A stretch of 42,827 nucleotides of DNA, taken from assembly GCA_045605805.1 (NCBI GenBank), contig JAZUQR010000012.1, forward strand, positions 1-42,827, in the 5' to 3' direction. The stretch comes from Alphaproteobacteria bacterium (GTDB taxonomy: Bacteria; Pseudomonadota; Alphaproteobacteria; CAAHEQ01; UBA3637). How positions within the stretch are numbered: the first letter of the stretch is position 1; each line of letters starts with the position of its first letter. A program made the position numbers and the translations under genes. The notes under the pieces are model-generated. The model did no database searches. It had not been told where the DNA came from and saw only the letters and a program-made list of their open reading frames with translations. Positions 25,245 through 33,279 of the stretch are shown here, piece after piece.

Positions 25245-26831
25245 ATGTACCAGGTATATTGCGATTCATGGCTTCTTTATAATGACCAAATGGAAGATTA
25301 TAAGATTGTCAATCCTAAGGTGGAATTGGAATTGAATCAACTTGGGAAATTTGATTTTTCCATATATAACAACCATCCGAATTTTGATAAATTAAAACGG
25401 CTTAAATCTATCATCCAAGTATTTCAGGATGATTTTTTATTGTTCCGGGGAAGAATCTTGGATGATGAACAGGGATTCTATAACGAAAAACAGGTGATGT
25501 GCGAAGGGGAACTTGCCTTTTTGGTCGATTCCATCCAAAGGCCTTATGATTTCAACGGAAGCCCGGCAGAATTGTTTGTTTTCTTTATAAACAACCACAA
25601 TGCACAGGTGGATGCAGACCATCAATTCAAAGTGGGAAATATTACGGTCACGGATCCAAACGATTATATAGCCCGGAGCGATTCCGAATACCTGAATACC
25701 TGGGAATCTATCAATAAGAAACTGATAGAAACCCATGGGGGATATATTTGGGTACGGCATGAAGCGGATGGTGTGTATATAGACTATTTGGCAGAATTGA
25801 ATCTATTATCACCGCAGAAGATAGAGTTCGGGAAAAACCTTTTGGATTTGAAAAGAGCCACCAAAGGACAGGATATTGCAACGGCTATCATCCCTTTGGG
25901 AGCCAAGGAAGGGGAATCCCGGATTGATATAACATCTGTGAATAACGGTGTTGATTATGTGTATAACCAAGAAGCGGTTGATACATACGGATGGATATAT
26001 CAGAAACAGATATGGGATGATGTAACGGAGCCGGGGAACCTATTGACCAAGGGCAATGCATATCTAATGGAAAAGATAAAGATGCTTTATTCCATAGAAT
26101 TGGATGCAGCGGATATGGCCACGGTGGATAAGACGGTGGAATCCTTCCATCTTGGAACACAAGTGCAGGTTACCACGAATCCGCATTCCATAGACCGTTT
26201 GTTTTTGGTATCGAAGCTTTCCATATTATTATTGCAACCTGCATCCAATAGGCTAACCTTAGGGGATGCTTACTACACCATGACAGAACAAACGGTGAAG
26301 GGGCAAATAGCCACGGAAAACAAGTTGGTGGGTATTTCTTCGGATTTACAAGAAAGGCTTCAAAATGGGCTTACAGAAACGGAAACAAAGCTATCTGCAC
26401 AGATACTTGCCACATCCGAGAGCATCACGGCAACGGTTATGGAAGAAGTGTATTTGAAAGATGATGTGGATGCCTTGGTTTCTTCCGTGAATACGCAAAT
26501 ATCACAGACCGCAGAAGATGTGGAAATAAGGTTTAATGAGTTTTCGCAAGATATAGATGCGGTTGCAGCCGGAGCAGATGCACAGTTTGAGGAAATAAGC
26601 AAATATATCCGGTTTGTGGATGGCAACATCATCCTGGGGGAAGAAGGAAACACACTTACCCTTAGAATTGAGAATGACCGCATTTCCTTTTTGGATAGCG
26701 GATTGGAAGTGGCATACCTAAGCAATTCCAAGCTTTATGTCACGGATGGGGAATTTTTGCATTCCTTGCAATTAGGGAATTTTGCATTTATCCCAAGAAC
26801 CAACGGAAATTTATCCTTTAAAAAATTATAG
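25245..26831 (+). CDS. Tail hub/Tal protein A (prophage endopeptidase tail-like) with coiled-coil extension
   Basis: LFRGR, CEGELAFLVDS, IEFGKNLLD, TAIIPLGA, YIRFVDGNIILG. Confidence 0.85.
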   Translation: MYQVYCDSWLLYNDQMEDYKIVNPKVELELNQLGKFDFSIYNNHPNFDKLKRLKSIIQVFQDDFLLFRGRILDDEQGFYNEKQVMCEGELAFLVDSIQRPYDFNGSPAELFVFFINNHNAQVDADHQFKVGNITVTDPNDYIARSDSEYLNTWESINKKLIETHGGYIWVRHEADGVYIDYLAELNLLSPQKIEFGKNLLDLKRATKGQDIATAIIPLGAKEGESRIDITSVNNGVDYVYNQEAVDTYGWIYQKQIWDDVTEPGNLLTKGNAYLMEKIKMLYSIELDAADMATVDKTVESFHLGTQVQVTTNPHSIDRLFLVSKLSILLLQPASNRLTLGDAYYTMTEQTVKGQIATENKLVGISSDLQERLQNGLTETETKLSAQILATSESITATVMEEVYLKDDVDALVSSVNTQISQTAEDVEIRFNEFSQDIDAVAAGADAQFEEISKYIRFVDGNIILGEEGNTLTLRIENDRISFLDSGLEVAYLSNSKLYVTDGEFLHSLQLGNFAFIPRTNGNLSFKKL

Positions 26832-26843
26832 TAGGGGGCATAT

Positions 26844-28868
26844 ATGGCAACATCAAGTGCAATGTCAACTACAAATGATAAAATCAAATATAAAATTACG
26901 ATAACACAGAATAGTCAAAGCATAGCCAACAATACATCCAATGTCACGGTATCGGTTAGGGTATATCGTACCAATACCGGATATACCACATACGGCACAG
27001 GAACGGTGTATTGCACGATAAACGGCACACAGTACACGGAAGCAATCACATCTTCGGATAAGATTACCAATTCCGGAATAGTGCTTTTTTCAAAAACCCT
27101 GAACATATCACATAGTGCGGATGGTTCAAAAACCTTGGCCACATCTGCAAGAATAACGCATGATCAGTTTTCTTCCAGTAGTCAAAGTTATTCGCAGACA
27201 TTGACCACGATTCCAAGGGCAACCACACCTACATTGTCGGCATCATCCGTCAATATGGGGGCATCCATCACTATCAATATGCCAAGGGCATCAAGCAGCT
27301 TTGACCATACCTTGACATATAAATTCGGAAGTGCTACCGGAACCATAGGAAGTGACCTAGGAACATCAAAGGCATGGACAGTGCCTTTATCCTTGGCAAG
27401 TCAGATTCCAAGCGGAACATCCGGCACCTGCACGATTACTTGCAAGACTTATAACGGAAGTACACTGATAGGCACCAAGACGGTTTCTTTTACCGCCAAG
27501 GTGCCTTCTTCCGCTGTGCCTACCTTTGGAAGCGTTGCGGTGGCAGATACCAATTCGGCATATGCAACACAATTTGGAAGTTTGGTGCAAGGGAAATCCA
27601 AGGCAAAATTCACAATTACGGCTTCCGGGGCTTACGGTTCCACCATAAAGACTTACAAAACAGTAATTGAAGGAAAGACATACACCGGAGCATCCCCGAC
27701 AACAGCGGTATTGACCGGAAGTGGCAATGTATCGGCTTCTATAACGGTAACGGATAGCAGGGGAAGAACGGCAACTACAACAAAGACTTTCTATCTGATT
27801 CCTTATAATGCACCAAGTATCACGGTATTTGAAGCGGTAAGGACAGATGCGGAAGGGTTGGAAAACTATGAAGGCATGAATGCAAAGGTGTCTGTGAATT
27901 TTAGCCTTGCAACGGCAAGCAGCAAGAACACATCATCATACAAGATAGAATACAAGAAGCAATCTGCAAGCACATGGGAAGAGATACAAAATGGTACAGG
28001 GTATTCATTGAACACAAGCATCATCACAGATGCGGTGTTTGACGGAAATTCCGCTTATGATGTTCGGTTGACCGTTACAGATTATTTTGGAAGCATAGCA
28101 AGGACAACAGCCCTTCCAACGGCCTTCACATTGATTGATTATCATTCATCCGGAAGGGGAATGGCATTTGGTAAGGTATCAGAAAAAGAAGGGCTTGAAA
28201 TTGCCCTTCCGACATTCTTTTCAAATGCAGAAACACCTTCTTCAATGAAATATCTGCAAGGTGGCGAAGATTTCAACAATATTCTTGAACCGGGATTCTA
28301 TGCAATCCCGACAACAGCCATTTCCGGCACTTTATTAAATAAGCCATGGGAAGGCACCGCAACAGGAAGCCTGATTGTATTAAGGGAAGGAAACGGACTT
28401 CAAAAGATGCAGATAGCCCATAGAGGTTCCAAGGATGATGGTGCTATATATGAACGAAGCTACTATCAGAATGCGTGGGGAGATTGGCACACCGTACATG
28501 ACGGAAAAGGAAAGATTCTATGGTCCGGTGGTTATTTCATGACCGCAGGACATATTATTTCTTTTTCGGAACCTGCAAGCAAACAGCCTTCCGGGATTGT
28601 GCTTGTATTTTCGGAATACTATGATGCAGAATCAAAAAATCAATCATTTTCAAGCCATTTCGTACACAAAAGATTGATAGAATCCCATTCAGGGTCAGGG
28701 CATAATTTCATAATGTCAACAAGCAATATGGCATATATGGCCACAAAGTATTTGTATATCCGGGATGATGGAATCACCGGGCATAACAATAATTCACTCA
28801 CCTTGACAGGAAGCGGTGTAACACTAAACAATAACAGGTTTGTGTTGCGATATGTTTTAGGTGTGTAG
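26844..28868 (+). CDS. Tail fibre/receptor-binding protein A (siphovirus DUF859-like)
   Basis: QSIANNTSNV, LTTIPRAT, VTDSRGR, GMAFGKVSE, DFNNILEPGFY knob, LRYVLGV. Confidence 0.8.
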   Translation: MATSSAMSTTNDKIKYKITITQNSQSIANNTSNVTVSVRVYRTNTGYTTYGTGTVYCTINGTQYTEAITSSDKITNSGIVLFSKTLNISHSADGSKTLATSARITHDQFSSSSQSYSQTLTTIPRATTPTLSASSVNMGASITINMPRASSSFDHTLTYKFGSATGTIGSDLGTSKAWTVPLSLASQIPSGTSGTCTITCKTYNGSTLIGTKTVSFTAKVPSSAVPTFGSVAVADTNSAYATQFGSLVQGKSKAKFTITASGAYGSTIKTYKTVIEGKTYTGASPTTAVLTGSGNVSASITVTDSRGRTATTTKTFYLIPYNAPSITVFEAVRTDAEGLENYEGMNAKVSVNFSLATASSKNTSSYKIEYKKQSASTWEEIQNGTGYSLNTSIITDAVFDGNSAYDVRLTVTDYFGSIARTTALPTAFTLIDYHSSGRGMAFGKVSEKEGLEIALPTFFSNAETPSSMKYLQGGEDFNNILEPGFYAIPTTAISGTLLNKPWEGTATGSLIVLREGNGLQKMQIAHRGSKDDGAIYERSYYQNAWGDWHTVHDGKGKILWSGGYFMTAGHIISFSEPASKQPSGIVLVFSEYYDAESKNQSFSSHFVHKRLIESHSGSGHNFIMSTSNMAYMATKYLYIRDDGITGHNNNSLTLTGSGVTLNNNRFVLRYVLGV

Positions 28869-28897
28869 ATAAAAAACAAAAGAAAGGAGCAATCATC

Positions 28898-29146
28898 ATG
28901 GAAACAATCATATCTGCAGCGGTCACAGGGGGGCTTGCACTTATAGGGGTAATAATTACATCTATTGCAAGCAACCGTAAAATCGAAAACAAATTAACCA
29001 CGGCACAGGCGGTCACAGAGATTAAAATTGATGAATTGACAAGGGAAGTCCGGGAGCATAACAATTTTGCCCGAAGGATGCCTGTGGTGGAAGAACAGAT
29101 AAAGGTTATCAATCACCGCATTGATGATTTGGAAAAAGCACAGTGA
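28898..29146 (+). CDS. Small membrane protein (holin/XhlA-like)
   Basis: N-terminal TM helix, LTREVREHNNFARRMPVVEEQIKVINHRIDDLE; at the usual lysis position. Confidence 0.7.
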   Translation: METIISAAVTGGLALIGVIITSIASNRKIENKLTTAQAVTEIKIDELTREVREHNNFARRMPVVEEQIKVINHRIDDLEKAQ

Positions 29147-29147
29147 T

Positions 29148-29180
29148 AAAGGGAAGGTTTATACCTTCCCTTCTTTTTTT
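29148..29180 (+). terminator. Late operon terminator
   Basis: AAGGGAAGGT-TTAT-ACCTTCCCTT-CTTTTTTT. Confidence 0.8.
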
Positions 29181-29213
29181 ATGTAATAATAAGAAGAAAA
29201 AGGATGATGCAGG

Positions 29214-29330
29214 ATGGAAATGTACCTATATAATATGGCGGTGGAATCCATCAATAAGTATAAGGAAGAAGAATTGACGGATTTTGATACATTCATGGAT
29301 GAAATGGAAAAGGAATACGAATCATATTGA
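29214..29330 (+). CDS. Small acidic ORF (38 aa)
   Basis: Hand-translated MEMYLYNMAVESINKYKEEELTDFDTFMDEMEKEYESY; weak RBS. Confidence 0.35.
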   Translation: MEMYLYNMAVESINKYKEEELTDFDTFMDEMEKEYESY

Positions 29331-29386
29331 CATTTTTTGTAATATTTGCAAATATTATTTCATTATAATATATGGGGGTGATTCTC

Positions 29387-29761
29387 ATGTTTTTCTTCAA
29401 AAAGAAAAAAACAAAAGAAATAGTTGCAGAAAAGAGAACCAATTTTGCCGGGGAAAGTATGGACCACTTAGATGCAGAAGAAAATCTGCCTTTTGGATGG
29501 GTGGTGCATAATCAAAAATATGTGGATATGATTGAAAATGATTTGCAACCATTCCGGCAAGCAATATGGGATGCGAAAACAGATGTGCAGAAATATGGTG
29601 CCTTTAAATCATATTTTCTTTTTTTAGAGGATGGGAAAAAACACTATGCGGAAATGAATCCATGCGTGGGGAAATATTTTGAAGAATATATATGCGATTC
29701 TTGCGAAGCGGAAGAATGGAAAAAAGAATTTCAGAAGATAGAAAGAAAAGGGCAGGAATAA
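29387..29761 (+). CDS. Moron protein of unknown function
   Basis: GGGGGTG RBS, AT-rich upstream region with TTGACA and TATAAT hexamers, downstream terminator. Confidence 0.65.
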   Translation: MFFFKKKKTKEIVAEKRTNFAGESMDHLDAEENLPFGWVVHNQKYVDMIENDLQPFRQAIWDAKTDVQKYGAFKSYFLFLEDGKKHYAEMNPCVGKYFEEYICDSCEAEEWKKEFQKIERKGQE

Positions 29762-29774
29762 AACCTGCCCTTTC
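29747..29774. terminator. Bidirectional terminator
   Basis: AAAGGGCAGG-AATAAAA-CCTGCCCTTT between convergent genes. Confidence 0.7.
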
Positions 29775-29777
29775 ATA

Positions 29778-30140
29778 TTATTTATGTTTATTCAAGTAGA
29801 AATATAATCGTGAAATGAATTGCGAATTGGAAGGCGCACCTTTCATTGGGTTGATACTGAATTTGAATAATTCATCAATGAAGGCCATATTTCCATAGAG
29901 CCAAGCCACATGAATTGCGTGCCGGATTGCCCTTTCAACTCTTGCAACACTTGTATGGTGTTTGTTGGCTATATCCGCATATAGTCCGGTTATTTTGTAC
30001 AACTCCGTTGGATCATGCAGAACAAATTCTTCTGCACTTGTGAGATACACAAAGCCGACAAGATTTGTTGGTACACCGATTTGCAAAAGCAAATCCTGAA
30101 TTTCTTCTTCGTAGATTTCAAGCGGTACTTCATCTTTCAT
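29778..30140 (-). CDS. Spo0A C-terminal (DNA-binding) domain protein lacking the receiver domain
   Basis: IGVP.NL.GF.YL, LYADIA..H.TS..RVERAIRHAI..AW, PSNSQFI. Confidence 0.9.
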   Translation of the reverse strand: MKDEVPLEIYEEEIQDLLLQIGVPTNLVGFVYLTSAEEFVLHDPTELYKITGLYADIANKHHTSVARVERAIRHAIHVAWLYGNMAFIDELFKFSINPMKGAPSNSQFISRLYFYLNKHK

Positions 30141-30226
30141 AGTTTTATCCTCCCGATAAATAAATTTTATAATGTGATTGTAAAACTACATTTTTCCGCA
30201 TAAAATACCAACAAAAACATTAGTTT

Positions 30227-30233
30227 TGTCGAA
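30227..30233 (+). promoter_or_regulatory. 0A box upstream of Spo0A-CTD gene
   Basis: TGTCGAA, exact consensus, in intergenic DNA. Confidence 0.5.
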
Positions 30234-30277
30234 ATGTGTCTGCATTCGTGTCATAAATGACACAAGGCAAAAACAAG

Positions 30278-30305
30278 GAAAAGACCGTGTTTTCACGGTC
30301 TTTTC
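30278..30305. terminator. Terminator downstream of integrase
   Basis: GAAAAGACCGTG-TTTT-CACGGTCTTTTC perfect inverted repeat. Confidence 0.75.
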
Positions 30306-30385
30306 GTGTAGTGTTCGACTATCTCCAACATCCATGTGCTAATGAATCTGCACACATATGATGGAAGTAAACACCACAAAAAAAT
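30306..30385. other. Candidate attP
   Basis: Non-coding DNA immediately 3' of the serine integrase with imperfect dyad symmetry (GTGTT...AACAC; TCCAT...ATGGA; TGTGC...GCACA). Confidence 0.35.
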
Positions 30386-32038
30386 TTATACCCTTAATTT
30401 CACATCAAGTTCAATGGGAAAGGACTTCCAATTTCCACCTGTTTTAAGTGGTGATTTGTAACGTGATTTCTTTGTTTCCTTGTCATAGTATCTGATTTGT
30501 TGGCTTTTAATTCTTACGGCCTTTTCCCTGTTATAGTCTATGCGTTCAATGCATTCCTTTAGAAGCATATTTTTCTTTTCTGCATCCACATCCGGATTGT
30601 CCAAGGCTTCCAAAGCATCTTTGGAGCGGTGAAGTTTTTCTTCATAGTCCACAGGTTCCGGCATGGCTTCGTAGGCCTTGCACAATGCTTCCTGGATTTC
30701 TTCTTTTTCCTTCAATACCTTTGCATTCAGGTTGTCGAAAATATGCTTCGGCATTCCTTCTTCGGAATATTTTTCCCATTGTTGGATTTCTTTTTTATCC
30801 AATTCTTCTTTTCTTGCTTTTAATTGCTTGATAAGATTTTCATGCAATTTCCGGGAATCACCTTCATCATTTTTGATTCGCACTTCAAAATCTTCAATGC
30901 AGCCTGCAAGAACTTCTTTCACTCTTGTTAGAATTTCATCATACAGGGCAGAAGATGTGTGGCAATAGGATTGGCCGTCACATAGAAGCCGGGGTTCATT
31001 CCGTTTGCTGCCATCATTCTTTTTATATATGCGTAGTGACATAGCCCTTCCACATTGGCAATAAAGCAATCCTGCAAGGGGGTTTCTTACTTTGGTATTC
31101 GGTTTTTTTCGTGATTTTCTTCCCTTTATTTCTTGCGCCTTATTAAATAATTCTTCGCTGATAATGGCTTCGTGTTTTCCATCATAAATGAGATATTCCC
31201 CAACCTTGGAATGCGGTCTTTTTTTAATAAATTCCCCATCTTCAACAACAGTGATGGTTTTCCGAAGATTCCATCTTACTTTTCCGATATAATGAATATT
31301 ATCGAGCATCTTAGTCACAGCAGCAGGTGACCATAATATTCCCCTGGGCGGTTTGATTCCCATATCATTGAATTTGTGGCATATGTTTTGGGCTCCCATT
31401 CCATGATTCACATATAAATCAAATATCATGCGGACAACATCTGCTTCATCTTCCTTGGGAACGAGAATAGGGCATTTTCTTTTGCCTTCCGTAACAAAAC
31501 TTTTGCCGTATCCATAAGGTGGAATATTCCCGACATAGTTTCCTTGGCTTACAGAAAGCAGCCTTCCACGGCTCAGGATTTTCTTGGTATATTCAAGATA
31601 ATCATTTCCACGCTTCAATTCCCTTTCAAAAGCATCCCAATCATATTCATCACGCAGATTGTAGATTCTTTGCGGAGTTATTACAAATGTGTTGGTGTGT
31701 TTTAACAACTTCATCAGACGGCCTATATCTTCCAAATCTCCCCTTGTCAATCGTTGCGGTTCTACAACGGCAACGGCCTTATATTTGGGTGATTCAATCA
31801 GGCGCAGCACCTTATTGATTTCCGGTCTTTCTTTTAATGTTTCCCCGGAAACCACTTCACGGAATTTATTTACTTCGGGAACTTTTGCACCAAGGTGTTT
31901 TTCGGACCATTCATCAAGCATAATTTCATGCTTAGAAAGAACTTCTTCCACGGATAACAGTGGATCATCAGACCGGGATTTCCTTAAATAATCAATAACT
32001 TCTTCGGGCTTAAAATCTATTTGTAATTGATAAAACAT
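30386..32038 (-). CDS. int: Large serine recombinase (integrase)
   Basis: YLRKSR catalytic Ser, VSG....RP, RLTR, PPYGY, HEAIISEELF, zinc ribbon CQCG...C....C; GAAGGT RBS. Confidence 0.95.
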   Translation of the reverse strand: MFYQLQIDFKPEEVIDYLRKSRSDDPLLSVEEVLSKHEIMLDEWSEKHLGAKVPEVNKFREVVSGETLKERPEINKVLRLIESPKYKAVAVVEPQRLTRGDLEDIGRLMKLLKHTNTFVITPQRIYNLRDEYDWDAFERELKRGNDYLEYTKKILSRGRLLSVSQGNYVGNIPPYGYGKSFVTEGKRKCPILVPKEDEADVVRMIFDLYVNHGMGAQNICHKFNDMGIKPPRGILWSPAAVTKMLDNIHYIGKVRWNLRKTITVVEDGEFIKKRPHSKVGEYLIYDGKHEAIISEELFNKAQEIKGRKSRKKPNTKVRNPLAGLLYCQCGRAMSLRIYKKNDGSKRNEPRLLCDGQSYCHTSSALYDEILTRVKEVLAGCIEDFEVRIKNDEGDSRKLHENLIKQLKARKEELDKKEIQQWEKYSEEGMPKHIFDNLNAKVLKEKEEIQEALCKAYEAMPEPVDYEEKLHRSKDALEALDNPDVDAEKKNMLLKECIERIDYNREKAVRIKSQQIRYYDKETKKSRYKSPLKTGGNWKSFPIELDVKLRV

Positions 32039-32059
32039 ATTTTTACCTTCTTTCTGTAT

Positions 32060-32066
32060 TTCGACA
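32060..32066 (-). promoter_or_regulatory. 0A box upstream of integrase
   Basis: TTCGACA on + (TGTCGAA on -), about 22 bp upstream of the integrase ATG. Confidence 0.5.
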
Positions 32067-32149
32067 ATTTTTAAAATTATCGGATGATATAAAGTTATTG
32101 GAAACATTTACAGCTATCTACCTGAATTGTCAGATAGTATAATAATTTT

Positions 32150-32163
32150 AGAACATTTGTTCT
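32150..32163. promoter_or_regulatory. LexA/DinR SOS (Cheo) box
   Basis: AGAAC-ATTT-GTTCT palindrome just downstream of TATAAT (32138-32143). Confidence 0.7.
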
Positions 32164-32188
32164 TGCCCCGGATGAAAGGAGCATCCTT

Positions 32189-32290
32189 ATGGATAACAAA
32201 AAACAACTTTTACAAATCATTGATGAAATGTCAGACAGTCAAATTCTTTTTATCCTTACATTTTTAAAAAGGATATTGGGGAAGGATTAA
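32189..32290 (+). CDS. 33-aa SOS-controlled peptide, candidate antirepressor
   Basis: GAAAGGAG RBS; MDNKKQLLQIIDEMSDSQILFILTFLKRILGKD; convergent on the repressor gene. Confidence 0.65.
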   Translation: MDNKKQLLQIIDEMSDSQILFILTFLKRILGKD

Positions 32291-32655
32291 GTCCTTTCCA
32301 CCAAAAAATGTACATATTCCCTTACCTGTGCCTTCTTTTGCTCATTCAGGGAATTATATTCTTCTAACATGATCTTCACTTCGGTATCTGTTTCTTTGAT
32401 TTCAATTCCAAGAAACAGGTCCGCTAATTTGTTTGCCGTTTCCACAGGCTTTTCTTCAATATCACTTACTAATTCCACAGGCGGTATATCAAGAATTTTT
32501 GATATTTTGGAGAGCACACTTCGTTTGATGTTCACAACCCTTCCTTTTTCGTATTTCGCAACGGCTGATTTTTGAACACCAATAAGCTTTCCTAATTCTT
32601 CTTGCGTATAGCCTTTTGCAATTCTTGCCTGTTTTATTTTTTCACCTATACTCAT
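32287..32655 (-). CDS. XRE-family prophage repressor (no S24 peptidase domain)
   Basis: IGEKIKQARIAKGYTQEELGKLIGVQKSAVAKYEKG HTH; divergent from cro. Confidence 0.9.
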   Translation of the reverse strand: MSIGEKIKQARIAKGYTQEELGKLIGVQKSAVAKYEKGRVVNIKRSVLSKISKILDIPPVELVSDIEEKPVETANKLADLFLGIEIKETDTEVKIMLEEYNSLNEQKKAQVREYVHFLVERT

Positions 32656-32680
32656 TCACCCACCACCTTTCTATACTTAT

Positions 32681-32709
32681 ATAGTACATCACTGTGTCTT
32701 AAAAATCAA
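32681..32709 (-). promoter_or_regulatory. Leftward (repressor) promoter
   Basis: TTGATT-17 bp-TACTAT on the minus strand. Confidence 0.6.
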
Positions 32710-32739
32710 ATATTATTTAAAAAGTATCCAAAAAAGATA

Positions 32740-32768
32740 TTGACACACAATTATTATTTTGATATAGT
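32740..32768 (+). promoter_or_regulatory. Rightward early lytic promoter
   Basis: TTGACA-17 bp-TATAGT with TG extension. Confidence 0.8.
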
Positions 32769-32772
32769 GAAA

Positions 32773-32789
32773 GTGTCCTAGAAAGACAC
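32773..32789. promoter_or_regulatory. Repressor/Cro operator
   Basis: GTGTCCTAGAAAGACAC; near-identical copy at 33280-33296, degenerate copies at 32724-32740 and 32694-32710. Confidence 0.75.
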
Positions 32790-32827
32790 AGGGAGAAAAA
32801 CAAGACACAGGAAGGTGGGGAAGGGCT

Positions 32828-32956
32828 ATGATGTATAACGTGTTAGAAGAAATTGAAAATTTAATGGACCAAGGATATTCAGAGGAACACGCAGAAGAAG
32901 TGGCAATGCTTAATAATTATGATATTCCTTTGGAAGATATGTTTGATTATAACTAA
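32828..32956 (+). CDS. Small highly acidic early protein (42 aa)
   Basis: Hand-translated MMYNVLEEIENLMDQGYSEEHAEEVAMLNNYDIPLEDMFDYN; G-rich RBS. Confidence 0.65.
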   Translation: MMYNVLEEIENLMDQGYSEEHAEEVAMLNNYDIPLEDMFDYN

Positions 32957-32989
32957 ACAATCACAGTTGACCTATCGACTATACCGGGG

Positions 32990-33051
32990 GTACTTAATGC
33001 AGCCTTCTATGTGAAGCAGGTCACAAGCCCTGATTGATGCAGAGTGAGTAC
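32990..33051 (+). ncRNA. Twister ribozyme (P1 type)
   Basis: P1 GUACU/AGUAC, L1 UAA, P2 UGCA/UGCA, GC, P3 CUUC/GAAG, P4 CAGG/CCUG with loop UCACAAGC, pseudoknot CAC/GUG. Confidence 0.85.
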
Positions 33052-33072
33052 ATAAAGGAAGGAAGTGAAAAA

Positions 33073-33279
33073 ATGAATAAAACCGAATTAAGAATTGTCA
33101 TGATGCGTAATGGTGACACAAACAAAGAACTTGCGGAGTGCTTGGGGATTACAGAACAGAGCGTGTCCGCAAAAATCAACGAAAATGGCACAGAGTTCAA
33201 GCAGGGTGAGATTGCTAAGATTAAAGAAAGATATAATCTATCCGCTGAACAAATTGAAGCTATTTTTTTTGCTTCATAA
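33073..33279 (+). CDS. Cro-like HTH regulator
   Basis: TNKELAECLGITEQSVSAKINENGTEFKQGEI...IFF. Confidence 0.85.
   Translation: MNKTELRIVMMRNGDTNKELAECLGITEQSVSAKINENGTEFKQGEIAKIKERYNLSAEQIEAIFFAS

Noticed and set aside
16612-28868. Invertible tail shufflon or diversity-generating retroelement as the explanation for the duplicated tail genes
   Set aside because: All tail genes are on the + strand. I saw no flanking inverted repeats, dedicated invertase, reverse transcriptase or TR/VR repeat pair.
32964-32990. Possible extra RNA motif (TTGACCTATCGACTATACCGGGG) upstream of the twister
   Set aside because: No convincing pairing could be established by eye; it would need a covariance search.
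33028-33040. Hammerhead ribozyme core (CTGATTGA)
   Set aside because: No correctly placed GAAA or stems; the region fits the twister consensus fully.
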